A stretch of 64,000 bases of DNA from Candidatus Forterrea multitransposorum CG_2015-17_Forterrea_25_41 (GTDB taxonomy: Archaea > Iainarchaeota > Iainarchaeia > Iainarchaeales > CSSED10-239), in contig CP045477.1 in assembly GCA_009392915.1 (NCBI GenBank), positions 192,001-256,000 on the forward strand. The letters are read 5' to 3'. Below are positions 36,607-47,300 of this stretch, piece by piece. The notes below the pieces were generated by a model, which saw nothing but the letters and a program-made list of their open reading frames with translations, was not told the origin of the DNA and made no database searches. The number at the start of each line of letters is the position of its first letter. The stretch's first letter is position 1. The position numbers and the translations under genes were made by a program.

Positions 36607-37673
36607 TTGAAGAAGAAATTGTAAATTTAATTTCAAAGATTTATGAAAAAAACCAAAGTGTTGTATCTATTTTTAAAGAAAATAATTTTTCTTTACAAAA
36701 GTCATTTTATAATCCTGAAGAAAATATAATTAATCCTATTGTTATTGAAAAAAATCAAAATTTATCATTTTTAGGAGTTGATTCTGGTTTTGTAAATAAA
36801 CAATTTAATTTTGCAAATTTAATTATTATTAAAGAAGCAGGAGCTTTATTTAATTATAAAGATTCAAAACTTTCTTCTGTTAAATATTTTCCAAAAATAT
36901 ATAATATTGCAAAACCATATCTTACAACTTCTTCTTTAGAAATTGAAGAAATTATTTGGAATACTTCTATTCTAAGGCTTAAAAAAGAACTTTCTCTTTC
37001 AAAAAAAATTATGGAATCTGAAAAAGTAAATTTTTCTTTAATAGATGGTTCTATTATTCCTCAATATTTATCTAAACCTTCAAAAGATTCAAAATATTAT
37101 AAAGATTATTCTTTTCTTTTATCCTTATTTTTTTCACTTTATGAAATTTCTAAAAATAAAAAAATATTTTTAGTAGGGTGTGTTGAAGATTCTAGAGCTG
37201 ATAGATTTTTTAATATTTTAAAAAATAATTATTTTAAAGATAAAATAAATTTTGATCTTTCAGATTCTTTTTTAGTATTTTCTCTTCTTTCAAAAAATCA
37301 AAGAACTTGTGTTTTTAGATATACTGATGATTTAAGAGAGCATCCTATCTTAAAAGATTTTCCAAAAGAAATTGTTGATAATTTATATGTTTGTTATTTA
37401 AAGCTTTCAGAAGAGGATTATCCTTTAAGAATAGAATTTATTTATTTTAAAGAATTTGGAATGTCTTTAAAAGAATATACAGATTATATAATTTCAAATA
37501 TTGCGTCTATCTCTTCTTTTAATAAAAGATATATATATCCTGCACCATTAATTGAAGCTGATTTACAGAGTAGACTAAAAATACAAGAAATTGATTTATT
37601 GGTTAGAAATTTTCTTGAAAAAACTAAAAAGTTTGGTCTTAAAGTGCCAAGAAGAGAAGCAAGGTCTTTTTGA
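36603..37673 (+). CDS. nurA: NurA-domain nuclease-like protein
   Basis: The N-terminal catalytic-type motif FLGVDSGF and the second motif FSLIDGSIIPQY resemble the NurA DGS motifs. Size (356 aa) fits. This is a motif-level call only. Confidence 0.6.
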   Translation: MIEEEIVNLISKIYEKNQSVVSIFKENNFSLQKSFYNPEENIINPIVIEKNQNLSFLGVDSGFVNKQFNFANLIIIKEAGALFNYKDSKLSSVKYFPKIYNIAKPYLTTSSLEIEEIIWNTSILRLKKELSLSKKIMESEKVNFSLIDGSIIPQYLSKPSKDSKYYKDYSFLLSLFFSLYEISKNKKIFLVGCVEDSRADRFFNILKNNYFKDKINFDLSDSFLVFSLLSKNQRTCVFRYTDDLREHPILKDFPKEIVDNLYVCYLKLSEEDYPLRIEFIYFKEFGMSLKEYTDYIISNIASISSFNKRYIYPAPLIEADLQSRLKIQEIDLLVRNFLEKTKKFGLKVPRREARSF

Positions 37674-37754
37674 TTAATATATTTTAAATTTTCTAAACAT
37701 TTATAAACTTAATGTGTTACTATTTTATTATATTTTAATAATTATTAAAAATAG

Positions 37755-38174
37755 GTGATTAAATTGAAATTAAAAAAATTAAGTTTTATATTTATTTTAT
37801 TTGCTTTTTTAGTTTTTTCTGCAATTAATGTTTCTGCAGATATAACTACTAGAAGTCTTCCAACAATATATAAAGTTACAGGAGATATTGATATTCCTTC
37901 TCCAGGAACTAATTATTATTTTTTAGTAACATCTGTTAAAAACGGAACTACTTTATATCCTGTTTCAAAAACTCAATGTGCACAATATACTGTTTTGAAA
38001 GATCAATTAACTCAAGGTATGTTTATTGGTCCAATATCTTCAGAAGTTACAGGTTATAATAATAAAAGTTTTACTTTAAGATTAATGATACAAAAGTATA
38101 GTAGTCAAAGTTTATGTCAAACTGGAAATAATTCTATTAGTATGACAGGCAATTTAGGAGAACTTTATAGTTAG
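37755..38174 (+). CDS. Small secreted protein, unknown function
   Basis: Signal peptide: KLSFIFILFAFLVFSAINVSA/D. There is no ATG start. The candidates are GTG 37755 or TTG 37764, after the SD AGGTGA at 37753..37758. Confidence 0.5.
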   Translation: MIKLKLKKLSFIFILFAFLVFSAINVSADITTRSLPTIYKVTGDIDIPSPGTNYYFLVTSVKNGTTLYPVSKTQCAQYTVLKDQLTQGMFIGPISSEVTGYNNKSFTLRLMIQKYSSQSLCQTGNNSISMTGNLGELYS

Positions 38175-38191
38175 AGGGGGTTAGTTTATTT

Positions 38192-39550
38192 ATGAAGTCA
38201 AAATTTATATTTTTAATATTTTCTTTAGTTTTATTATCTGGATTTATTTTTTCTGCAACTCCTGCAGATCCACCAGTAAGCAATACAGTTTTTAGTGTTG
38301 ATATCGTGCTTCCAAATCCATATTATGGATTAATTGTTGCAGATGCATCTAATCTTGCAAATCCAGATTCTGTTTCAACTCAATCAATACTTAATAATGC
38401 TGTTGTATTAAGTAAGATTGGGGCTAGTAATCCTGGTGCAAACAAATTTTTAAAAATTAATTCTACTGGAAATTCTCTTGAATGGGCAACTGTTGAAGGT
38501 GGTTCTAGTTCAGGAGATGGTGTAGTTTATACTGCAACAAACCCTATAAGTATTTCAAATAATGTTATAAGTTTAAATGATTCTGGAATAACTACTTTAA
38601 AATTAGCAAATAGTGCTGTTACTTCTGATAAATTATCAGAAAATTCAGTTACAACTACTAAATTAAATAATTCTGCAGTAACTAATACTAAAATTGCAGA
38701 TGGTGCAGTTAATAAAGATAAAATTGCAGTTAAATCTGTAGATCATGCAAGACTTGAAGTTTATCCTTTAGATAAATGTCCTGCTAATAATGCAACTATA
38801 ATTTATAGAAATAATAGATTAGAATGGTCAAATTCTATTGAATGTGGATCTGACATGTTTATTACAGGGGATATTTCTTCTACAAGAACACAAACTTATT
38901 ATCCAGCTCCATTTAATCAATGTGTAAAAGATGTAACTCACACTGTATCAGGAACTTCTTGTACAGGTGCATCTTGTCTTGAAGAATGGAGTCTTTTTAG
39001 AAGTGGAGGAAGTAATGCTGTTAATAATACTGTAAACAATATTAATGGTACAAGATCTGTTACTTTTAATGCTTCTGAAAATAATTTATATGCTTCAAGT
39101 TATGATATAAGATATAATTTATCTCAACCATCAACAGGGAAATCTGCAACTAGAATTAGAAATAGTAGTTATAATGGTTTTAATGCAATTTCTAATGAAG
39201 AAAATACTTGTGCTCCAGTAGTTCCAAGTTCTTTAAATGTTTTAAGATTTCCATCTGATGGATGTATTGATTATTTTGAAGTTAAAGCATTAGTTAGTTG
39301 TGTTGGTTCTTGTAATTATGTAATGTATGTAGATAATCTTCCTCATTCAGAAGGTTCATTTACTGGTACTCAAACAATTACTGAGAATGTATATGTTTCA
39401 GACATAATACATAATAATCCTAAAGTGAAATTTAAGATTACAAATACAGGCCCTGCTGGACTTGTAGGTCTTGAAAGAATTACACCTGAGGGTACACTTC
39501 AAATTACACTTCCACAAATGGTTGATGGACTTCTTTGTTCACAAAATTAA
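38192..39550 (+). CDS. Secreted protein with tail-fibre-like short tandem repeats and a Cys-rich C-terminal domain
   Basis: Signal peptide: MKSKFIFLIFSLVLLSGFIFSA. Five consecutive ~10-aa repeats: SGITTLKLANSAVTSDKLSENSVTTTKLNNSAVTNTKIADGAVNKDKIAVKSV. About 12 Cys residues follow downstream. Confidence 0.65.
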   Translation: MKSKFIFLIFSLVLLSGFIFSATPADPPVSNTVFSVDIVLPNPYYGLIVADASNLANPDSVSTQSILNNAVVLSKIGASNPGANKFLKINSTGNSLEWATVEGGSSSGDGVVYTATNPISISNNVISLNDSGITTLKLANSAVTSDKLSENSVTTTKLNNSAVTNTKIADGAVNKDKIAVKSVDHARLEVYPLDKCPANNATIIYRNNRLEWSNSIECGSDMFITGDISSTRTQTYYPAPFNQCVKDVTHTVSGTSCTGASCLEEWSLFRSGGSNAVNNTVNNINGTRSVTFNASENNLYASSYDIRYNLSQPSTGKSATRIRNSSYNGFNAISNEENTCAPVVPSSLNVLRFPSDGCIDYFEVKALVSCVGSCNYVMYVDNLPHSEGSFTGTQTITENVYVSDIIHNNPKVKFKITNTGPAGLVGLERITPEGTLQITLPQMVDGLLCSQN

Positions 39551-39852
39551 GATTAATTTCTTAATTTCTTTTTCTTTTTTTTATTTTTTTTTCTTAATTA
39601 AATACCTTTTTAAATAGTTAGGTGTATATTATATCTAAATAATATATTTATTTTTAAGGTTATTAAGATATAAAAAGATCTAATCTCTTTAATAACAAAT
39701 TTTTATATCTTTTTTAAAAAAATATATTACTTTCATGTAGTTGTTTAAAAACTACATAACTTGGTTTGATTTTCAAACCAAAAAAACTATTTCTTATGGG
39801 AAATTTAAACCGAAGCTCTTTTAATACTTTCATGACATTATCATGATATATT

Positions 39853-40317
39853 ATGACACAAAATGACAATATCACAAAACAGATATTTTTAGAAAAGTTA
39901 TTAAAACAAGATACCAAAGAGCTGGGTTTGAATGATCTTATTCAGATCCAAGAGAAGTTTAACGATCCGTTGATACTTTCTGTAATATTACATCAACTTT
40001 TAGAAGAAAGAAAAAGAACAAACGAGATATTAAAAGATCTTTATGAAAAGTATGACTCTTTACAATTTTCTATTAAGAATAGTAAAGAATCTAGTAATTT
40101 AAATCAAGATCAAGATACAATTAATATCTTACCAGAAATAGATGATAAGATAATTTCTTTTATAAGAGCAAATCAAAAAGTTGATGCAGAACAAGTACAG
40201 GAAGCATTTAATTATAAAGGATCAAATGCAGCTTCTCAAAGACTTAATAGACTAGTAAAAGAAGGATACTTACGAAAAGTTCAAGCAGGAAGAAAGGTAT
40301 ACTTTATTGTAAAATGA
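39853..40317 (+). CDS. Winged-helix DNA-binding protein with N-terminal helical region
   Basis: C-terminal wHTH-like KIISFIRANQKVDAEQVQEAFNYKGSNAASQRLNRLVKEGYLRKVQAGRKVYFIV. It sits immediately upstream of a repeat-rich 540-nt intergenic region. Confidence 0.6.
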   Translation: MTQNDNITKQIFLEKLLKQDTKELGLNDLIQIQEKFNDPLILSVILHQLLEERKRTNEILKDLYEKYDSLQFSIKNSKESSNLNQDQDTINILPEIDDKIISFIRANQKVDAEQVQEAFNYKGSNAASQRLNRLVKEGYLRKVQAGRKVYFIVK

Positions 40318-40483
40318 TTTTTCCCCTTAAAAATCATTTCCTTTAAAAAACCCCTTTAATATAGAAAAACTGTAAAAAACCCCTTTTTTACATTTTTTCA
40401 AAATTTATACCTTTTTTCCTTCTTTTAAAAATAAGTTTTTGTCTTTTATTTTAGTCATTTAATTTCCCTCTAAAAAACTTTAA

Positions 40484-40690
40484 AAAAGATTGTAAGGAAA
40501 ACTTTTTTGTTTCTTTCCTTCTTCTTTTCTGCCCTTTAATTATAAAAATACTTATTAAAAAAAAGATTGTAAGGAAAACTTTTTTGTTTCTTTCCTTCTT
40601 CTTTTCTGCCCTTTATTAAAAAATACTTATTAAAAAAAAGATTGTAAGGAAAACTTTTTTGTTTCTTTCCTTCTTCTTTTCTGCCCTTTA
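40484..40690. repeat. Three tandem direct repeats (period 77/75 nt) with an identical 55-nt core
   Basis: The core aaaagattgtaaggaaaacttttttgtttctttccttcttcttttctgcccttta occurs at 40484, 40561 and 40636. The linkers are attataaaaatacttattaaaa and ttaaaaaatacttattaaaa. The core contains the imperfect inverted repeat AAGGAAA...TTTCCTT. Confidence 0.9.
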
Positions 40691-40857
40691 TTTTTAACTT
40701 AAAAAACTAAAAAAACTATTTTTTTTAATTTTACAACTCTTTTTAAATATTTTGTATATATAGATTTAATACTAATGAAATTGCTTTTTAACCTATTAAG
40801 CAATCAATTTAGCTACATTATAATTTTATATTAAAAAGAAGGAGTTGACTTAAAAAT

Positions 40858-41193
40858 ATGAAACTAGAAAAAATTGGTGCATTTGCTTTTCTTGGTGGTA
40901 TCTTAATTTCAATTATTTTTGGACTTATTTACAATATTAACCATCCAGTATGGCTTTCAACTGTTTTAATTATTTTAGGATTAGTTGTTGGTCTTTTAAA
41001 CATTGAAGATAAAAACATATCTCTTTTCTTAATTGCATCCATTACATTTATTGCAACTAGTAACTCAATAAATGCAATACCTGTTATAGGAGATGTATTA
41101 AGAGGAGTTTTAGTTAATTTAGTATACTTTGTAGCTCCAGCTGCATTAGTAGTTTCAATTGTTGCAATTATTAGAGTTTCAAACTCTAAATAA
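40858..41193 (+). CDS. Small 3-TM membrane protein
   Basis: Good SD (AAGGAG, 40842..40847). Three hydrophobic helices. Preferred over the antisense ORF 40929..41228. Confidence 0.55.
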   Translation: MKLEKIGAFAFLGGILISIIFGLIYNINHPVWLSTVLIILGLVVGLLNIEDKNISLFLIASITFIATSNSINAIPVIGDVLRGVLVNLVYFVAPAALVVSIVAIIRVSNSK

Positions 41194-41362
41194 TTCTTTT
41201 TTTTTCTTTTTTTTAAATAAAAATACATTTTTTATCTATAAATAATGAATATTTAAATATTTCTATTTATAGTATATTTAAAGTATATATAAAAAACTTT
41301 ATATAGTAATAAATATATAATATTTATATAATATTTATAAATTTATAAATAAAGAAATAAAT

Positions 41363-44300
41363 ATGGTTAAAGATAAAAATAATTTAGGCTCAAATGAAAA
41401 CAATGAAAATAAACAAAATATTTTTTCAAGATTTTATAATTATCTTGAAGATAAATATTCTTCTTTATCAAACTGGCTTACAGAAAAAGGAATACCATTA
41501 AATAATTTAAATAATTATTTAGAGGAAAAAGGACTTCCTGCTTTTGCAATAGTTGCATCTATTTTATTATTATTAATCTTTATAATTGTTTTCTTAATTA
41601 TCTTTTCTTTTTCCAGTCAATCAACATTAATTTTTTCTGTTAAAGATTATTCTGGACTTTCAATCAATGATGCTTTTTTAAAAATTACAAATAGTTCAGG
41701 TAAGGAAATCTTTTCAGGAACTGTAAATGATACTGATGTTAAAAAATTAAAATTAAAATTAGGAGAATTATATTCTTTTAAATCAACTAAAGATGGATAT
41801 CCTGATTTTTCAAAATCAATAACTATTACTGATAAAGATCAAAAAGTACAAATTACTTTTTCAGAATCAATTGAGTATGGTATATTAAGAATAAAATTAA
41901 TAGATAGAGATAATAAAGGAATAATTACTTCAGGAACTGCGATCGCAAGATATTCAATTAATAATGCTCCTGAGTCTACAGAAAACATTGTAAATATTGC
42001 AAATGAACATTTTATTACTTTAGAAGTTCCAATGAATAAAGATATTGAACTTTTAGTTAGTGCAGATGGTTATGAAGATTTTAAAGAAACAAATTTTAGA
42101 ATAACTTTAGAAAATCAAGAAAAAGTAATTGAAATGGATATTTCTTCTTTATCTTTTGAAGGTAAAAGTCAAGTTACTTTTGTTGTTTTAGATACAGAAC
42201 AAAATCCAATTGATGGTGCTTTAGTAAGCATATATAATCTTGGAGATGAATTATTAGATTCAAAAAATACAATTGATGGAAGAGCTTTATCTTTTATTGA
42301 TAGTGGTTCTACAATATCTTATAAAGTTGAAAAAGAAGGTTATAGAACATTTGTAAGTGATCCTGAAGTTTCTTTTAGAATTACAAAATCTGAAATAACT
42401 TATAATGTTACTTTAGAAGAGGGTGGAAATTTTTTAGATGTGTTTGTAAAATCTGGTTCTAATTTTTTAGCTCTTGGAGATGTTGCAATTACTGTTTATG
42501 ATTTAAATAATAATATTATTAATTCTGGAAATACAGATGATTTAGGAAATTTAAAATTAACTGGTCTTTCTGATAAAGCACCAATTGTTGTAACTGCTTG
42601 TAAAGAAGATTTCCTTTGTGAAAATTTAACAGTAGATCTTTTAGAAAAAAGTTCAGTTGAGTTTACTTTAGAAAGAATAGATGTAACAAATAGTGCTATT
42701 CTGTCTGTTTTTGTTGTTGATGAAAAAAATTTACCGATCTCAAAAGCTTTTATAAAAATCTATCAATTACTTGAAGATGATAAAGAAGTTCCATACAACA
42801 CATCTCTTCAAACTGATCTTACAGGTTCTCTTTCAATACCTCTAAGAGTTGGAGATTCTTTTATAGTTTATTCATTAGTTGGAGAAGTTCAATATTTTGA
42901 AGAAATTACAATTGATGCTTTAAGAGAAAATAAAATAATTTTTGTAATGGATAATGCTTCTAAAATAATTAAATTAGATCTTTATGATGAAAATGGTTTT
43001 AAACTTACTTCAGGTTCTTTACTTGTAAAAACAAAAGATGGAACTGTTCTTTTTGATGGTAATTTATCTGAAACTGATCAAATAAGTTTTATTTCAGAAG
43101 GCTATAAAGATTTATATGCTGAATACACAGATGTTAATGGTAATAAATCTTCAATTAATTTTAATGCTGATGAATCTGAGTCAGATGGATATATAAGACT
43201 TGATTTTAATAAAGAAGTTAATTTAACAGATTATCCTGTAATTGAGTTTTCAGGAATTGTAGATTCTAAAGGAGTTAAATCAAATTTTGTAACAATAGGT
43301 AAAGAATATTATTTAATTTTTGATGTTTTATTCCCAGAAAATACTTATAAAGGACAAGTACATATTAGAGCTGGTGATGATACTCAAGTTGATGTTGAAG
43401 AAATGAGTTATGGTATAACTGGTTTTTCTGCAATGGATATTTATGATTTTAAATATGGTACAACATATAATAGTTCTCCTCTTCCAGGTTTAATGAATAT
43501 TGATCTTTTAAATGAAGGTTCTTCTCAAGTTTTAAATAAATGGCTTGAACTTAAATGGAATAGTGATCTTCCTTTAGGTAATAAACAAATCAAAGTAAAA
43601 ATAAATGTTATAGATGATTCTTATTCAAAATTAACTTTTAAATATAGAACTTTATTTGAAGAAAATAAATTATACTATAGAGATCCAGTTGACTCTTTAT
43701 TAAACCAAAGTTATTCTTCATCTCAAAAAGGTGCTTTATATGCAGATACAAAAGAAGTAAATATTGATGTTTATAATGTTCCTTTAGATTGTGAAGGTTC
43801 TCAATGTTTGTCATATACTTTTATTGATTCAAAAGGAAATGAATTTTCAAAAAATGATTTCTATGCTGTAAGAGATGAAACTTATTTTTTAAAAGTTAGT
43901 CTTTATTCTTTAGATAATAAACAATTAGATCTTTTAGCAGAAACTTCAAAAAGTTTCCCTTTAATTTCATTTGGTTCTTTTTCAGATAATCTTTATCAAA
44001 ATGAAATAATAAATGATAATTCTTTATTTGAAATTTCAAGAGATGGTTTTTTACTTTCTGAAAATTCTTTAAAAAATATTTATCTTTCATTTATCTCAAA
44101 AGATATTGGTGCTGCATATATTGATCTTAAAGCAACAGATGTTATTTTAGGAAATGAAATTTTAAACAATAGATTAAGTTTTAATGTTTATGATAAAAAA
44201 GAAATGAATGTTTTAGTTTCTCCAAGTAATTATGTTGATTATGGATCAAATTTTACTGTTGATGTTTTAGATTCAGTTTCTCTTGAACCTATTACAGATG

Positions 44301-47300
44301 CTTTTATTTCTTTTTATGATGTTAGAGATACTTTTATTTCTTCTTTAAAACCAAGTAATTCAAATGGAAGGAATGGAAAATATACTATTACAAATAATTT
44401 TAATACTTCAACTGTTAAAATGGTAGTTGAAAGATATGGTTATCTTCCTTATGAAACTGAAATTTATATTATTGATAATACTTTATTAAATGCAATTCCT
44501 TCAGAAATAATTTTTAATTTAGGTCTTGACCAAACAGCATCAACTTCAAATTTTAGTTTAGAAAACTTAGGTAATTATCAAGCAACAAATGTAAGGTTTG
44601 GAGAACCTATTTGGATTGAAGGTAGTGCTGGTATTTATCTTGAAGGAAGAGGTAATCCAATAATTAATAAAAACTCAACTCAAAATTATCAATTGTTACT
44701 TACAACAGAAAATGATGTTGAACTTAAAACAGCATATGCACATCTTCCAGTATATGCATCTGTAGGTCCTAGAGAAGTTACAAAAATATTAAATGTTAGA
44801 ATAAATAAAGGTTTAATGTTAAATGAATGTGTTGAAATTACTCCTTCTGAAGTTTCTTCTTTTGTTGGACTAAATGTTTCTTCAAATTATGCAGATCCTT
44901 TTAATACTCCTTTTGCAGATTATGATTATACTTCAAATACTTCAAATAATCCTATGCTTGCACCTTCTCAAAGTTATTCTAATTATGAAGAATATTTAAA
45001 TTCAAGTGGATATAACATTACTGATTCAACAGATAATGGTTATACTTACACAGATTCTAAAAATTATACTTATCATGCAACTTCTCCTGCTCTTAATTCT
45101 CAAATTACTGAAAACACAACTTATTTTACAATTAAAAATAATTGTTCTCAAGCTATAACTTTTAATCCTCAAGCAGTTTTAACTTCTTCATCATCAAATA
45201 ATAATTTAGAAGTTTCTCTTGCAAACATAACTGTTCTTCCAGGAGAAGAAAAAGTTTATGATGTTATTTTAAAAAATTCATCTGAACTTAAAAGAAAAAC
45301 AACATATACCTATAATGTTTTATGGCATAATAATTATTATTCAATAGCTCCTTCAGTTTTAAATGTTGATCTTTTAGATTTAAGTAGAGCTTTATGGGTT
45401 ATGCCACAACAAATAAATATTCCAATCTCTCAAGTACATCCTCAACAAGCTGCTGAAAATTATACTAGATTTTTTATTAAAAATATAGGTGCTGTTCCAA
45501 TAACTGATATACAAATAAGTCAGTATCCAAAAATGGTGTCTTCTAATATTAAAATAACTGAATATCCAAGACAAGTATCTGTTTTAGAACCAGGAAAAAC
45601 AATTCCTGTTGATTTAAAATTTTCAGTAAATATTAATAAATCTACATTAGATAATGCCTTTATACAAGTAACTGGTAAAGCTGTTGGTATTAGTGAACCA
45701 ATTACTTCAACAACACAATTAGTGTTTTCAATTTCTTCTCCAAATTGCTTAAAAGTAAGTAATAAAAATATTAATTTTGATTTAGAAGTTGGGGAAACAA
45801 GAGCAAGAAATATTACAATTACAAATCAATGTTCTGAACCTGTTACAATAGTTGGAATTGATAAAAAACAACAAGGATATTATCAAGCATATGGGGATAA
45901 TTCTTTTAGAATAACTCCTGCTTCTGGTAATCCAATAATTCCTGTTAACATGTCAAATTCTTATAGAATAGAGTTTACTGCAAATTCTTTAGGTGGTTCT
46001 CCAAAAACACCAATGATACTTCAAGGTAGATTAATGAATTCAGGTAATCCTGTAACTTCAGAAGAGGTTTTAGTTTCAATAACTATAGATGATATAATGG
46101 TTGGAGAAGAAGCTGAAAGAAATATTTCTATTTTATCTTCTCTTCCTTCTTGTGAAGATCCACAAAATATTAATTCATATAATAGACCATTAATTTCAAT
46201 TAAAGATTGTTCTGAAACTTCAGGATATTGTGATGGAGAATCTTCAGCTGAATTAATTTTAAAAAAAGTAAATGAACTTCAAAATGAAATTAAACAATTT
46301 TCTGCACAAACACAATCAAAAGTAATTGATACTGGTTGTACTCTTCAAGATGCATATAGTGGTTTTTGTAAAATATCTGAACTTGGTGGAGGAATTGATC
46401 CTGTTGAGTTTTCTTTCTTTATGCAAAATGATAATGTTACACCTGATTTAATTAAATCTATTTTAACAAAATCAAATTATTCTTTTAAAAATTATTTTGT
46501 TGAAACAAATATTTTTAATAAAGAAATTAAAACTATAAATCAATATTCTTCTTATGGGGTATATGCTGGTGGAAATAAAATATTTGTATCTCCTCACCTA
46601 TCAGGTTGTGGAAAATATACAGTAGAGATTGATGGTTATGTTGCTGCAAGTCCAGATTATATTTATCCTGAAAGAGCATATTATTATATTAATGTTGTAG
46701 AAAAAGATACTAACACTATTCATTGTGAGAAAAATATTGTAAATTATTTAAATTATCTTCCATGGGATCTTTCTTTTAATAAAAACCAAAGAGCAGGAAC
46801 TTGGCTTACTTTATTTACTGGTGATGAAAATTTATCAAAAGCTTTAATTAAAAGTGTGGGTAAGTTTAAGTCAGATGAAATTGATTTAAGATATGTTTAT
46901 AATAAAGATGTTTTATCTACAAGAAATAGTACTTTAAATGTTTCAACTGGAGAGATTTCTGAAAATAAAGAAGCTCTTGCAAAAATTTCTTTTAATGATA
47001 CTTCTTTAAGAAAAAGCTCTTCTCCAGAACAAATAGATATTACTTTAAATTCTCTTTATAATTCTCCTGAAGGTAAAACTTCTGAGTATGCTGTTAAAGA
47101 TTTTTCAAAAGTAATTTCTTCAATGATTTCAGATAATGATTATTCTGCAAAAGTTTGTATTTCTGAAGATAAAACATATATGCTTGTTTTAGATGTTATT
47201 TCAGCAGGAGATTTAACTTTTGTTGATAAAGAAGTAAGTCTTCCTTTAAAGGATGGAGCTTCATGTTCTTTATTAAAAGTTAAATCATCAGTTCCTGAAA

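Noticed and set aside
39714-39917. 67-aa minus-strand ORF overlapping the start of the wHTH gene
   Set aside because: It has no SD and no recognisable features, and it overlaps the better-supported plus-strand gene. It is more likely promoter or leader DNA of 39853..40317.
40484-40690. CRISPR array?
   Set aside because: The inter-repeat segments are themselves conserved (the same ~20-nt linker), so there are no unique spacers. The period (~76 nt) with a 55-nt repeat is atypical, there are only three units, and no cas genes are in the window.
37755-41193. Integrated virus or provirus (tail-fibre-like repeat protein, wHTH protein, tandem repeats)
   Set aside because: There is no capsid, portal, terminase, integrase or att-like direct repeats, and the genes have the same composition and SD usage as their surroundings.
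40929-41228. 99-aa minus-strand ORF opposite the small membrane protein gene
   Set aside because: The plus-strand ORF has a good AAGGAG SD and a clean 3-TM profile. The minus-strand product lacks both.
40318-41362. Chromosomal replication origin (repeats plus AT-rich stretches)
   Set aside because: There is no orc1/cdc6 gene nearby. I recognise no ORB/mini-ORB-like inverted arrangement flanking a DUE. The repeats are direct and unidirectional. The idea cannot be excluded, but the sequence does not support it.
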